A stretch of 63,163 nucleotides of DNA, filler included, from a bacterium (GTDB lineage Bacteria; JAMOTN01), in NCBI GenBank assembly GCA_027062325.1. It is 3 parts of 3 records of this genome, joined end to end, with 100 filler letters (N's around TTAATTAATTAA, not from the genome) between each part and the next. Parts side by side here need not be neighbours in the genome. Positions count along the whole stretch, not along the records: positions 46,016 to 63,163 come from JAMOTN010000073.1; 2 more parts are not named here. One strand, 5' to 3'. Shown piece after piece: positions 48,893 through 59,900 of this stretch (its first letter is position 1; the number at the start of each line of letters is the position of its first letter). Under the pieces are notes generated by a model. It ran no database searches. It saw only the letters and a list, made by a program, of their open reading frames with translations, and was not told the origin of the DNA. The position numbers and the translations under genes were made by a program.

Positions 48893-50982
48893 TGAACAGT
48901 TTTGAATTTGGAAATAAGTTTATTGCACAACTCTTTCGATACCTGATCCCACCTATCCAACTTATGTTTATACATGAAGCTAGCTGTTTGGTAAAGAGAT
49001 ATAGCAAGACGAGGTATATCTGGAAGTTTTCGAGAAAAGTTCGCCGTGTCGGAAAAATTCTTCATACCCCACTCTCCAATTTTTTCGTAGTCTGATGAAT
49101 ATAAATCGTAACTTTTGATCTTAAAGAATTTAACAACTCTATTTGGATCTAAAATTGTTAGAACTCCCTCTTTTACAAAACCAAGGCGTTGATAAACTCC
49201 GATAAAAGCCCGTGGTTTATAATCGGTAGCAAACACACTCTGACCATAGAACTTTGATGGATATGTCCAGTTCATCAGATCAAGAAGGGTGGGTAAAATA
49301 TCTATCTGAGAGCACATTTTATCAACTCGTGTGGGTTTTATAAGGTAAGGTGCATAAAATAGACATGGAATTCTATACCTATGAATTGGTAGCTCAAGCT
49401 TTCCTGCACTCCTCGCATTGTGGTCTGCCACAAATATGAACACAGTATTTTTAAACCATGAATGCTTCTTAGCTTCTCTGATTAAATATCCAATGGCCCA
49501 ATCGGCGTATTTAACTGAACCAAGTTTACTTGGGGATTTTATATCGATTCTTCCTTCAGGATAGGTATATGGGCGATGATTGGAAACAGTCATCACAAAG
49601 AAGAAAAAAGGTCTGTGATGAGCTGCAGTTTTATCCGCTTCTTTTATGACTCGCCTAAAAAGATCTTCATCACACACACCCCAAATTGTCTTATGGGTTA
49701 TCTCACTCGTTTTGAAATCGGTCTGATCAACTATGCCGAAACCATTGTGTGAAAAAAAGTAATTCATATTGTCAAAATAACCGTGTCCAGCGTATATAAA
49801 CTTGCATTCGTAACCTGCTGCTTTGAATAGTTGTCCAAAAGTGAACATATTGTGACAGTCTGGCCTTTTAACAATACTTCTCCCAGGAGTTGGAGGAACT
49901 GACATCATGACTGCTTCCATTCCACGAACTGTGCGAGTTCCTGTTGCAAACAAATGAGTAAAAGTTAATGATTCTCCACTCAGTCTGTCAAGGTTTGGGG
50001 TTAGTCCTCTATTATCTCCTAAGAAACCGCAAAAACAAGCACTTAAAGATTCTTCCATAACCAATATTACGTTCCATTTAGAAGTTTGGTTGTCAAAAGT
50101 GGGTTTGTTAGCTTGAGTCGGTTTAACAACACGCGTTATCGGTTGGGGAAGTGAAGAACAGCGAGAGCAATCCAGTAGATAGGATGAGTTTTTGAGCTTT
50201 AAAAAATCCCTTGTAATTTTAAAAGCTTCATCGTCCTCTATAAAAGCAAAATAGCGTTTATAGTCTATGACATTGTGTCTAAACTCAGAAAAAAGAGAAT
50301 AAATTCCAGACTTTGAAAGTTCCCGTACGTATACATCATTTGAAACTGTTTCTACTAATGGGTATCCATCATGACCATAAAATGTTGCTACTGCATACAA
50401 AACTGTCAAAACAAAAATAAAGGCTTTATACTTCAAAGTAGGAACATTTTCTTCTCTTGCGAAAGCACCAATTTTTTCAAAGAACCATAAAATCAAAACT
50501 GTGATTATGAAACAGCCGGCTAAAATTTTAAAGATAGGATATGACTCCTCAATATTTCCTACAACTTCGTGGGTGTACACAAGATAATCAACAGCTATGA
50601 AATCGAATCTACGTCCATACTCTTGCCAATAAAAGTATTCTGCTATGTAGGAAAACAAAAGTAGAAATGTGTTTATTCCCCAAAATAACCAGTTCAACAC
50701 TCGAATTGGCCATTTGCCATACCATTTGTTTGGGATAATGACCAACCACAACACCACGGGAACTAACCAGTAGATAACTGCCAGAGCGTCGTAAAACCAA
50801 CCTACCAAGAAAATTTTTAAAAGCGATTTAAAATTGTGTTCAAACAGTTTCCAATTATTTATGAGAATGAATACCCTAAATAAAATTCCAAGCGCCATGA
50901 AGAGTAAATACCAAACTACTACAAGCTTAAACCTGTTTTTGGGAAACAGAAAATCCCACACTTTGCGAGCAATTTTTCTCAT
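48889..50982 (-). CDS. LTA synthase family / phosphoglycerol transferase (sulfatase fold)
   Basis: About five N-terminal TM helices; NVILVMEES, LTPNLD, catalytic TRT, WGVCDE, SNHRPY, ADH, SQIDILPT. Confidence 0.88.
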   Translation of the reverse strand: MRKIARKVWDFLFPKNRFKLVVVWYLLFMALGILFRVFILINNWKLFEHNFKSLLKIFLVGWFYDALAVIYWLVPVVLWLVIIPNKWYGKWPIRVLNWLFWGINTFLLLFSYIAEYFYWQEYGRRFDFIAVDYLVYTHEVVGNIEESYPIFKILAGCFIITVLILWFFEKIGAFAREENVPTLKYKAFIFVLTVLYAVATFYGHDGYPLVETVSNDVYVRELSKSGIYSLFSEFRHNVIDYKRYFAFIEDDEAFKITRDFLKLKNSSYLLDCSRCSSLPQPITRVVKPTQANKPTFDNQTSKWNVILVMEESLSACFCGFLGDNRGLTPNLDRLSGESLTFTHLFATGTRTVRGMEAVMMSVPPTPGRSIVKRPDCHNMFTFGQLFKAAGYECKFIYAGHGYFDNMNYFFSHNGFGIVDQTDFKTSEITHKTIWGVCDEDLFRRVIKEADKTAAHHRPFFFFVMTVSNHRPYTYPEGRIDIKSPSKLGSVKYADWAIGYLIREAKKHSWFKNTVFIFVADHNARSAGKLELPIHRYRIPCLFYAPYLIKPTRVDKMCSQIDILPTLLDLMNWTYPSKFYGQSVFATDYKPRAFIGVYQRLGFVKEGVLTILDPNRVVKFFKIKSYDLYSSDYEKIGEWGMKNFSDTANFSRKLPDIPRLAISLYQTASFMYKHKLDRWDQVSKELCNKLISKFKTVH

Positions 50983-51340
50983 CTAGCCACTCCAATCTCA
51001 GCGCGATTATAAAACTTCTCACTTTGAACTAATAGCGTTTTGATACGATCTAATACTATTTTTTATTACTCCCTTGATAGCTGTCAACTCACTTCTGATC
51101 GTCTTTTCTTTGTAGCAGCAGAACTGTTCTGTTTTCTTCCAAAAAGCCATTCTTCAACATAAAGATACTTTTAAATCCCTACTGTGAATAGGATTTCACA
51201 GTCAGCTTGCCGCGTAACCCAGCAACCACAACAAACAATACTTTCTGCCTTTACCATAAGTCTAAACTTGTTAATTTCAGAATAATGAATTTCACACCCC
51301 CCACTTGTTTGCAAATATGTATGAGAAAACAAGCGTCAAA

Positions 51341-52111
51341 TTATTTCTTTAACCGAGGAATCACTTTTTTCTGCACAAAATCAAATAACTCCTCAAATGC
51401 CTTTTCTTTTAGAATTGGAAGTTTTAAATCAGGTTCCACCTTAAGTTTGGCACCATCAAAAATGTCAAACTTCTCTCCACATTTTGGACAAACCGCATAA
51501 CTGAAATTTTCAACAATTGCCAAAATTTCAAGATTTAAAGTCTTAGCAAAATCCATGCTTCTTTTTACATCTTCTACAGCCAAAGTTGCTGGTTGGTAAA
51601 CAATTATCACTTTAGCATCTGGAATCATCTGAGCAAGGTTGAGAGATTCATCCCCAGTTCCCGGAGGTAAATCTATGAGTAAAATATCTACATCCCTCAG
51701 ATCGCTAAATGCCAATAACTCCTGAAAAAGCTTAAATTTCAGGGGACCTCTCCATATCAAAGCTTTCCCTTCATCCAAAATCATAGAGGAGCTTACAACC
51801 TTAATTCCATCAACTTCAGGAGGAATTATTGTGTAGTTATCTTCAGTCCCAACTGCCTTAGCTTTCAAAGATACAACTTTTTCTTTTATAGCATAAGCAA
51901 TATTCGGACCTGTAAAGTCAGCATCAAAAACAGCAACTTTAAATCCTAACTTTTTAAGCGATAGAGCCAGCCATGCGCAAACAGTAGTTTTTCCCACTCC
52001 ACCTTTACCGCTCATAACTGCAATTTTTACTGGAATTTGGGATAAATTTTCCCTAATTTTGGGGAAAAGAGATAATCCACCTTTACTTGAGGAAGAAGTG
52101 TTCTTTTCCAT
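51341..52111 (-). CDS. mrp: Mrp/NBP35 family Fe-S cluster carrier ATPase
   Basis: SGKGGVGKTT, DADFTGP, IWRGP, DLPPGTGD, ENFS..VCPKC. Confidence 0.93.
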   Translation of the reverse strand: MEKNTSSSSKGGLSLFPKIRENLSQIPVKIAVMSGKGGVGKTTVCAWLALSLKKLGFKVAVFDADFTGPNIAYAIKEKVVSLKAKAVGTEDNYTIIPPEVDGIKVVSSSMILDEGKALIWRGPLKFKLFQELLAFSDLRDVDILLIDLPPGTGDESLNLAQMIPDAKVIIVYQPATLAVEDVKRSMDFAKTLNLEILAIVENFSYAVCPKCGEKFDIFDGAKLKVEPDLKLPILKEKAFEELFDFVQKKVIPRLKK

Positions 52112-52159
52112 TTCACACGCCCCCTTTCTCTATTGCTTTCATATTATAACCCACCTAAG

Positions 52160-52624
52160 CTAATCGAAAAATTTTCCTGATGAGTATTTCCATATAAGTA
52201 TTGTTTCTGAAATTAGAGAAAAAGCTACTACTCCAAATATCACGGAAGTAAACTCTTTAAAGAACAAAGATAACTCCAATAAAGCACTCTGGATTAGTAT
52301 GAGTATTAGGGCATACATCGCATTGCGAAAATTATGGCGTCCACCTGTTGAAAACCAAATTATTAGTAAAAGTTGAATGGTAGTGATGGTTTTTAATACC
52401 CCAGAGTAAGTTATAACTAATCTGTCAATATTGTCCAAATTCTCTGCTAAAAAAAGCATTAGAGATATGTGGAGTCCAATCGTTATAAATTTATTTACCT
52501 TAACCTGCCATTTAGATAAAGAATACTTCTTTAATAAAAACAAAGTTATTTGCAGCATAACTAACTCAAGTGCTGGAATCAACCACAGACTCAGCTTCCA
52601 ATCTAACCGAAGCATAAGAGGCAC
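52160..52624 (-). CDS. Hypothetical integral membrane protein
   Basis: 154 aa with about five hydrophobic segments; AGGAG RBS. Confidence 0.6.
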   Translation of the reverse strand: MPLMLRLDWKLSLWLIPALELVMLQITLFLLKKYSLSKWQVKVNKFITIGLHISLMLFLAENLDNIDRLVITYSGVLKTITTIQLLLIIWFSTGGRHNFRNAMYALILILIQSALLELSLFFKEFTSVIFGVVAFSLISETILIWKYSSGKFFD

Positions 52625-52638
52625 TCCTTAAATAATTT

Positions 52639-53616
52639 TTAGACATTCATAATAGCTTCTATCTTAAATTTTAACCAAAATCCTTTATTTGTTTGAACTA
52701 ACTCAATGCCAAACATCTCAGCAACTTTTTTTTGAAAGTCAGAAGGTACCACCCCTTCTACTTCCACTACTACAAACTTGTCGTGTTTTCTTATCTCGAT
52801 TCTAGTATTGTCTGGAATTTCAAAGAACAGAAGCTCTATTATATCTTTTGAAGATACAATTTCCACGTCTTCTCCTCTCACCAAAACCTCAAGTCTCAAA
52901 TCTTTAAAGAGGGAAGTTAGAGTATCTCTCAATTTTACTTTCTCAAATTTGAAAAACTGTTCAACTTTGGGCATAGCTTCCTCTATCTTTTTAACTATCT
53001 CGAGAAACTTTGATCGTTCTTCTTCAGGTATATTAGCCAAACCAATGTTCAATCTCAATACAGTCAACTTATTTCGCAGTAAATCCATTACCTTCCAATA
53101 ATTCATCTCTTCAATCAATCTAAGCTCCCGATCCTTCAACTCCTTATATCTTTTTTCCTTTTCGGTAAGTCGTACCTCTTCCCAATCAAATTCCAAGGCA
53201 ATCGCAAGAGCAATCATCCACAAAGGAAATATTTGGTCTAAAAAACTTTCAAGTTGGGTAAGATTACTACTGGATAGCTTACCTTCTCTTATAAGACTAT
53301 AGGCTGTTAATAGCGTAAAAAGTGAAGTCCCAAGAAACATCTGCTTAGGGTTATCTAAAATTATAGGCATGAGAAAGATCAACCAAGATTTATAAGTTGA
53401 TAAGTATATGAAGGAGAAAACTATTGTTAGAGCAGCCAAGTTGTAGATCAAATCTGATCTTGCTTTCCACATAACGTACTTGCAGACAACTATTAAAGCC
53501 ACCACAAACCAGAACAACAGATCAAGATCATGAGTGTAAAACATCCAAAAGGCAACTATTATCGCCAAGTACCAAACTTTTTTTAAGCTAGCTTTTCCTA
53601 ACATTTTCCAATTCAT
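52639..53616 (-). CDS. Membrane protein with a degenerate histidine-kinase-like C-terminus
   Basis: Multi-TM N-terminus, coiled coil, DLLRNKLTVLR (H-box-like without His), shortened HATPase-like tail; ATG 53616 overlaps the upstream stop. Confidence 0.6.
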   Translation of the reverse strand: MNWKMLGKASLKKVWYLAIIVAFWMFYTHDLDLLFWFVVALIVVCKYVMWKARSDLIYNLAALTIVFSFIYLSTYKSWLIFLMPIILDNPKQMFLGTSLFTLLTAYSLIREGKLSSSNLTQLESFLDQIFPLWMIALAIALEFDWEEVRLTEKEKRYKELKDRELRLIEEMNYWKVMDLLRNKLTVLRLNIGLANIPEEERSKFLEIVKKIEEAMPKVEQFFKFEKVKLRDTLTSLFKDLRLEVLVRGEDVEIVSSKDIIELLFFEIPDNTRIEIRKHDKFVVVEVEGVVPSDFQKKVAEMFGIELVQTNKGFWLKFKIEAIMNV

Positions 53617-53960
53617 TTTGCCTCCCAATACCAAACTACTCCCCAACTTATAATTGCACAAACAGCTGATATTAAAAGGACTTCAGGGAAATGTTGAAAA
53701 AATTCTGACGAGAGTAAACCCAAAGCTGTTCCTGCAGTCATAGCAGACATTAAGGCAACTCTTTTCAAATTCGGTTTTCCCCAACAGTAGGCTATCCAAG
53801 CAGTAATGAGAGAAAATGCAAATGAGAGAAATTGTAGAGGTGCGGGATAAATTTTAAAAAATAGGAACAGAGCCAGCAAAATCAGCCCAACGGTAAATAC
53901 GGATGCCCACGCTGCAACCAACAATGCCTTAGCGGTAAATTTTCTAAGATGAAAAGCCAT
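53613..53960 (-). CDS. Hypothetical integral membrane protein
   Basis: 115 aa, four TM helices. Confidence 0.65.
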   Translation of the reverse strand: MAFHLRKFTAKALLVAAWASVFTVGLILLALFLFFKIYPAPLQFLSFAFSLITAWIAYCWGKPNLKRVALMSAMTAGTALGLLSSEFFQHFPEVLLISAVCAIISWGVVWYWEAK

Positions 53961-53987
53961 AATCTAATTTCATCACCCTCGGCTGCC

Positions 53988-56900
53988 TTAACGTGCTACA
54001 AATAACTTTCCAAATCGTTTGTAGCTGTTTCCATCTGCAAATTCAATTTTTATCTTGAATAGGTACACTCCACGTTTTGCATCTTTAAAATCATCTGTGG
54101 TTAAATCCCATTCAATCGTGAAAACTCTGTCTGCCGGAGTTTCGACAATTCTCTTTACTACCTCACCAGCAGAATCATAGATGGTCAGATAAACTTTGGT
54201 AGGAGTTTGATCTGCTGTGACAAATACTCTGAATGGAGGGGTCGATACCGGAACAGGACCCCATTTTACAGAATTTACAACACTCCTTCCTAAACTATAA
54301 AAGTTTCTTGTCAACTCCGTAACATTACCAGCTCTATCAAATGCTCGGAGGGTTAATCTCCATTCGCCTTCAGGTAGATCAAGATCCTCTAACCTTCGTA
54401 AATAATAGTCGGATGCTTTGATAACACGAGTTGTAGGTTCCTCAAGACCAGATTTATCAGTTAAAGTATACTCAATTGTTGCCAGACCACTTCCCAAATC
54501 AATTCCAGCAATTACAAGCTGAGGAGGTGAAGAGGATGAGCTTCTTGTTTGATTATCGCTGTTTCCAATATCTCTAACATTCAATAAAGTAATCTCAACT
54601 TTGGGTTTTTCCAAGTCTTCAATTGCCAAGAAAGAAACACCGGATGGTATGTAGTCTTTTATCCAACGACCATCTGAGGTTTTAATTCCAGTATAAGGAG
54701 GAAGTTTGGCACTAACTGTAGCATTTTCGTATTCGATTACGTATTTAGCAGTAAGAGGACGGATGCCTGCTGCGTAAAGTGAAGTGGTAGGTGGAAGTGG
54801 AGTTGATTGTTCGCCATCCTTTCCTGAATTGTCTTGGTTAACATCACCAGTTAAAGGAGCTACTGTTCTGATTAAGCTCCTTGAATTTTTTATAGTCTTG
54901 ATTACAGCCTCAGCGTAAGAACGAGTTGCAACTTTAGAAAGAGCAGCTTCAAAGTCATCTGGTAAAGTATCTGAGACCATGTACATCTTAAAACGAGCAT
55001 AGTCACTCTTGGCGGATACTTTAAGTTCAAGCGAAGAAGCAAGTGAGATGGTTCTCGTTTGGGATGACTGTATGCTAAAGTCAAATATGGGTCGTTCACT
55101 TTCTCCAACTTTAACCCATACATTTGCTGCTTCTGCCTCTGTTCTTACAGATGTTGTAGCAAATACTAGATCTGATTCATTGAGTTCAAAGTCGCTTATA
55201 TAATAATTCAATGTTCCTTGAAGATGATCCACTTTTAATTCTTTCCAGCTGTGTAATGAGGGTAGCCAAACCTTGACTTCTGGAGTTCCATAGTTGTTTT
55301 CATCTTTTATTAGAATAAACCATCGCTGTGTTCCAGGGGCTGAAAAATGCTCTGGGGCAGGAAATGCATTCCAAACATAGCGCTGCCATTGATATATCTC
55401 AAATGTCGGAGTTTTTACCTCAGAGGCAACTCCTGAATAAAGCACCGGAACATTTTGGAAGAGCAAGTGATAATCTACAGTAGATGACCAATAGTCAGGA
55501 TCATTTGTCCATATATAAGTTATACCTGTAAATACCCCTTTGTTGTTAAGATTCTCCCATTTAACAGTTGAGAACGAAAGAGGCGGTTTATCAGTAGAAG
55601 GAATGAGAAATGCTTTGACTTGCACCGCTGCTTCGGTAGTGGTAACAGGATAATTAAACTTAGCTACAGCCATTATACGTGCTAAATCTCCTATAACCTG
55701 CACATCAACTGAGTAATCTTCACACTTAAAGTTTATAAAGTTTATGTTGAGTTTATTTCCGTTATAAGAATTACCATCCACATCTCCTGCAGGTATTTTC
55801 ACTATACGTCCTGCAGTATCTTCAACATAAAGTGAAACTTTTACTTCACCGGTAACAGTATTGTCAGAATTGAATGGTATAAAGATTGAAATATTTTCGG
55901 GCTTTACAGATCCAAGATTCGTTACTTCCAAAGTTGTAACTTGAAGCAAACTCGCAGTCGGTACTGGAGTAAATGGTATTTCAGATCCATCCGCAATAAT
56001 TTTAGTTATAGCATTTGCAGGGTAATCTGTAAATTGAGTAACATTGCGATAATCCAGTACTACTCTTATTCTATTTATTCCAGTGGATTGAGAGTCATAA
56101 AAAGCTTTTATTTTTATTTCAACCGTTGTAACTCCAGAATTTGTAACCACAATTGAAGGTATACTCTCTGCAGTAGCTTTGTAAACGGGAGCAATAACTC
56201 TGAATTTTACAGGAATTGTGGCAGAACAATTACCTGCTAAATCACAAGCGGAAATATAAACAGTTTGTTCTCCCAACTTATCACGTAACTGTGCTGCTGA
56301 AAAATTGACAGACCAACCAACTTTGTAAGGACTCGTACTTCTCAAGAAAGAAGCTTCTTTAACAGGATCAGCTGGATCTAGCACATCGCACCTCAAGTAA
56401 GATTGAGAAGTAACAACAGGTTCTGAAACTGCGGCTTCCACGGTTGCTTGTCCAAGAAGAGGATCAACATATCCTGGAAGAGTCTCTACACTGTAAACAG
56501 TAGCATTTGACAAAGATGGAACAGTTGAGTCATCTATGGTTAAATCCGCATTTCCAACAGCCTCAACACTTGCAGCGCTCACAAAATAAGGGAATGAAGC
56601 AAGGGAAATATAGGTTGCGTCTGTAACTGCTGGATAAACCCCAGCAATTTTCAAATTTATTCCATTTCCTCCTATTCTGATTATTACTTCTCTTGTACTG
56701 CGACGACTTGTAACGTTTAGAAGGGTTGCTGCATCTCCAGGACTTGCTCCAGCAGGTTGAAACATCTGGGCTATCAACGCTGGAGTCACAGTAGTTATGT
56801 CTCTGTTTAGAAACACAGCACGTGAAAAACGGAGTACTACATAATCACCTTCATCTACAACAGCATTGTGATTGTTGTCAATGAATTCTGCCTTTTCTAA

Positions 56901-59900
56901 AGCAGGAGCCGTTGTATCCAGACATTTGATATCAATTCCAACTGCGTTAGTAGCCATTTTAGCTGCTGATCCATTAGTTCCAATAATGTTGGAAGAGTAC
57001 CTTCCCTTATCATAGGTTGTTAGAAAAGTGTTGACATTCAAAGCTGCTCCTGTGATAGAAGTATATGCATCATCCCATATATTCAATTCTGGATTGTCTC
57101 CAAGTGTTATAACAACAGAATTTACATTGTACTTAGTAATAGTAGCCCCTGCTCCAAAACTACCCGTGTCGTGAGATATTGACAGATAAGTAAGTGGATT
57201 GTTCCCAGATTCCAGTTCTTGAATAGACTTTGAGAACGTAACAACTATCCTGTCTCCCTTATCCAAACCGTTGTTGTCATCATCGTAGTAAATAGCTTTC
57301 ACAGGATAAGGAGCAGACGCATCCTCAATTCTTAATGAGTAATCCAACAGATCCGGTAAATTACCGCTAGTGTCTTGGAAGGTAGCAGTTGTTCTTACAT
57401 GTAATTGATCCCCCTCTGCCCAACCTGATACTCCATTACCATTGAAAACAATGGCAAGCTTGTTATCATTACCAGAATCCATCGTATTAAAGGTAGGATT
57501 ATCACCAAAATTTATTACTCCAACAGTTTCAAAACTGTTCAATATTTCGCCCGCTTCATCGATAGTGGTATCGTTTATAGGTCTATCAAATATCAATATC
57601 AAAACATCATCACTGTTATCATTTGGAGTTGCTCTCTGAGAAAAGCCATCTGATCTGTAAAGCACCTTTATCAAAGCAGGTCCACCAGGGACTTGGATGT
57701 TATGCCACTCATAGGACGAAGGTACGCCTCCCCAGATAGACTTTATCTTTCCTGGAACGCAAGATATTTGAGTTTGATCATGAATTGGCAGCTGAGCAGA
57801 AGGAGCTACGTTTATCTCTATTACGGAGTCATTGGGCGTGGCACCAGTTTCAATAACACTGCCAACTCCAAAACTACCTACTTCTCCTGAAACTTCAAAA
57901 ATATAAGTAGCATCTTGACCTACACATGAAGAATCATCAATCGGTTTATCAAAAACTATTACTATTCTGTCATCCGAGACGTCGTAAGTTCCATTTCGGT
58001 TCCAAGTTATAGAAACAATATGAGGGGCACTTAAATCTGGTAAAATTCCCAAAGTAACCTGTTGAGCAGCCAATGGATTTCCTCCTTGATCTCTAGCAGA
58101 GTCCGCCGCAAAATCTAGCTCAAGAGTTTGAGATAAGTTTTGTTCAATTTGATTAACTTGATCAGCTGTTAAATCTAACGTAACTGTTTTGTTATCACCA
58201 CTCCACGTTGGAACTGCTCCATTTAAGTTCCCAAGAATTTCTGTTCCATCGGATTGACGCACTACTCTTATAAGGTTCAAGTTGAAAGTGGTTGGAGAAA
58301 TGGGTTCTGAGAAGTGTATTACTATTCTGTTATTTGCTACTTCATAGGTTGCTCCTTCAACAGTAGGAGGTATGTTATCAGAAACGTTTACCATACCTGT
58401 ATCATATACAGTTGTTCCTTGAGAGAGGACAACCTGTATATTTTGAGGCAGAAAACCTGTAGCTGGTGGAGTTATCCTAATTTCGCAAGTATCGTAACCA
58501 CCAGCAGCAATATTGGCTGTAGTGTAAGAGGTATTCCAAACACCATTTTTCCCAAATTCAACAGTCCAACCTGCTAATCCCGGTGAAGATAACAGGTAAG
58601 AAAGCGCTGCATTACCGGTATTTATAACCTTTATTTCAAGAGTTCCGGATTGTCCCGGATTTAAATTCAATATTCCAGAAGCCCCGCCACCCCCAACGGG
58701 ATCTTTAATACCTTCACCATTTCCAGATATAACCAAATCTGCCCCTGCAGTCAATCCCACATTCACAGTAATAGTAACAGAATCTGTGGTCGTAGCTAAA
58801 CCAGTATTTGTAGAAGTTCCGGCCACGATTATATTGTAGGACCCTTGAGGGGTTGCATCCGGAACATGAACTTGAACAGTATTTGTCAATCTACTTGCTG
58901 CCAAAGAGCATATACCGCTCCAAGAAGTAGCTCCACCAAATGTCACCGACCACCCAGCTGGGGCATTTACCGTGTTAACTGCAAAGTTTAAATCAACATT
59001 CCCAGCATTTATAACCACTATATCAGTTGCCACTGTTTCACCAGCTGAAGCTGATAGTGTCACAGAACCACCTGCTCCTGTAAGACCAGAAGCACTAGTA
59101 TCAATAACACCTTCACCACTTGCTGAATTACTAACATCTCCAACAGCTAAGTCAACTTTAGCTTCAGGATGCCAATTTACAATCAGTGCTACAGACTCAG
59201 TAGAACCATCTGGTAAAGTGACTTTGAAATATATGTAGTAAACAGTATATGGAGTAGCTGCTGGAGTCTCTGGATCCGGAATAACTTCTAAAGTTATATC
59301 CTGTTTATTAGTTGGAGGCGTTCTGGTTAAAACAGAAGTTATGAAACTCGTAGCCTCAACACCGTTAAATCTGACACGCCATCCAACTGGAACATCATAG
59401 GCTCTTATTGTAAATGAGGTATCGTAGTTACTCTCGTTTTCAACAGTCAAAGTTTGAATAATCGTTCCAGAAGATGGTGATGCATCAACAGTTACTTGAC
59501 CTCCAGAAGTGCCATCACCGTATTGGCCATCTCCATTTCCAGCAATTATCAAATCGCACGTTGCTTTTGCATTAACAGTGTAAGTTATTCTAACTGAGTC
59601 CACTCCTGTAGAAGTATCCCCTTCTCTTGAAGCATTTACATATAGGGTTAAAGAATCTCCGGCTACAGCATCTGAAGGTGGGGTGATATCTACTCTGTAA
59701 ATTGCCTCTCCTGTAAAGGCAGCCAAATCTGGCGAGTCTTTTGTTGGTCCTATAGCAAGACCTGTCCAGTTTTCATACACTCCAACATTCCATGTGGAGG
59801 GAGTTATTGTACCTGCAGGTGCACTACTTCCCCATGAAACTTCAAAACTTGTAGTCACATTTGACTCATTTTGAAGCTTAACATAAACACTCTTAGTTTG

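Noticed and set aside
50983-51340. Small minus-strand ORFs or a riboswitch between mrp and the LTA-synthase-family gene
   Set aside because: ORFs are under 45 aa without clear RBS, and no riboswitch consensus was recognised.
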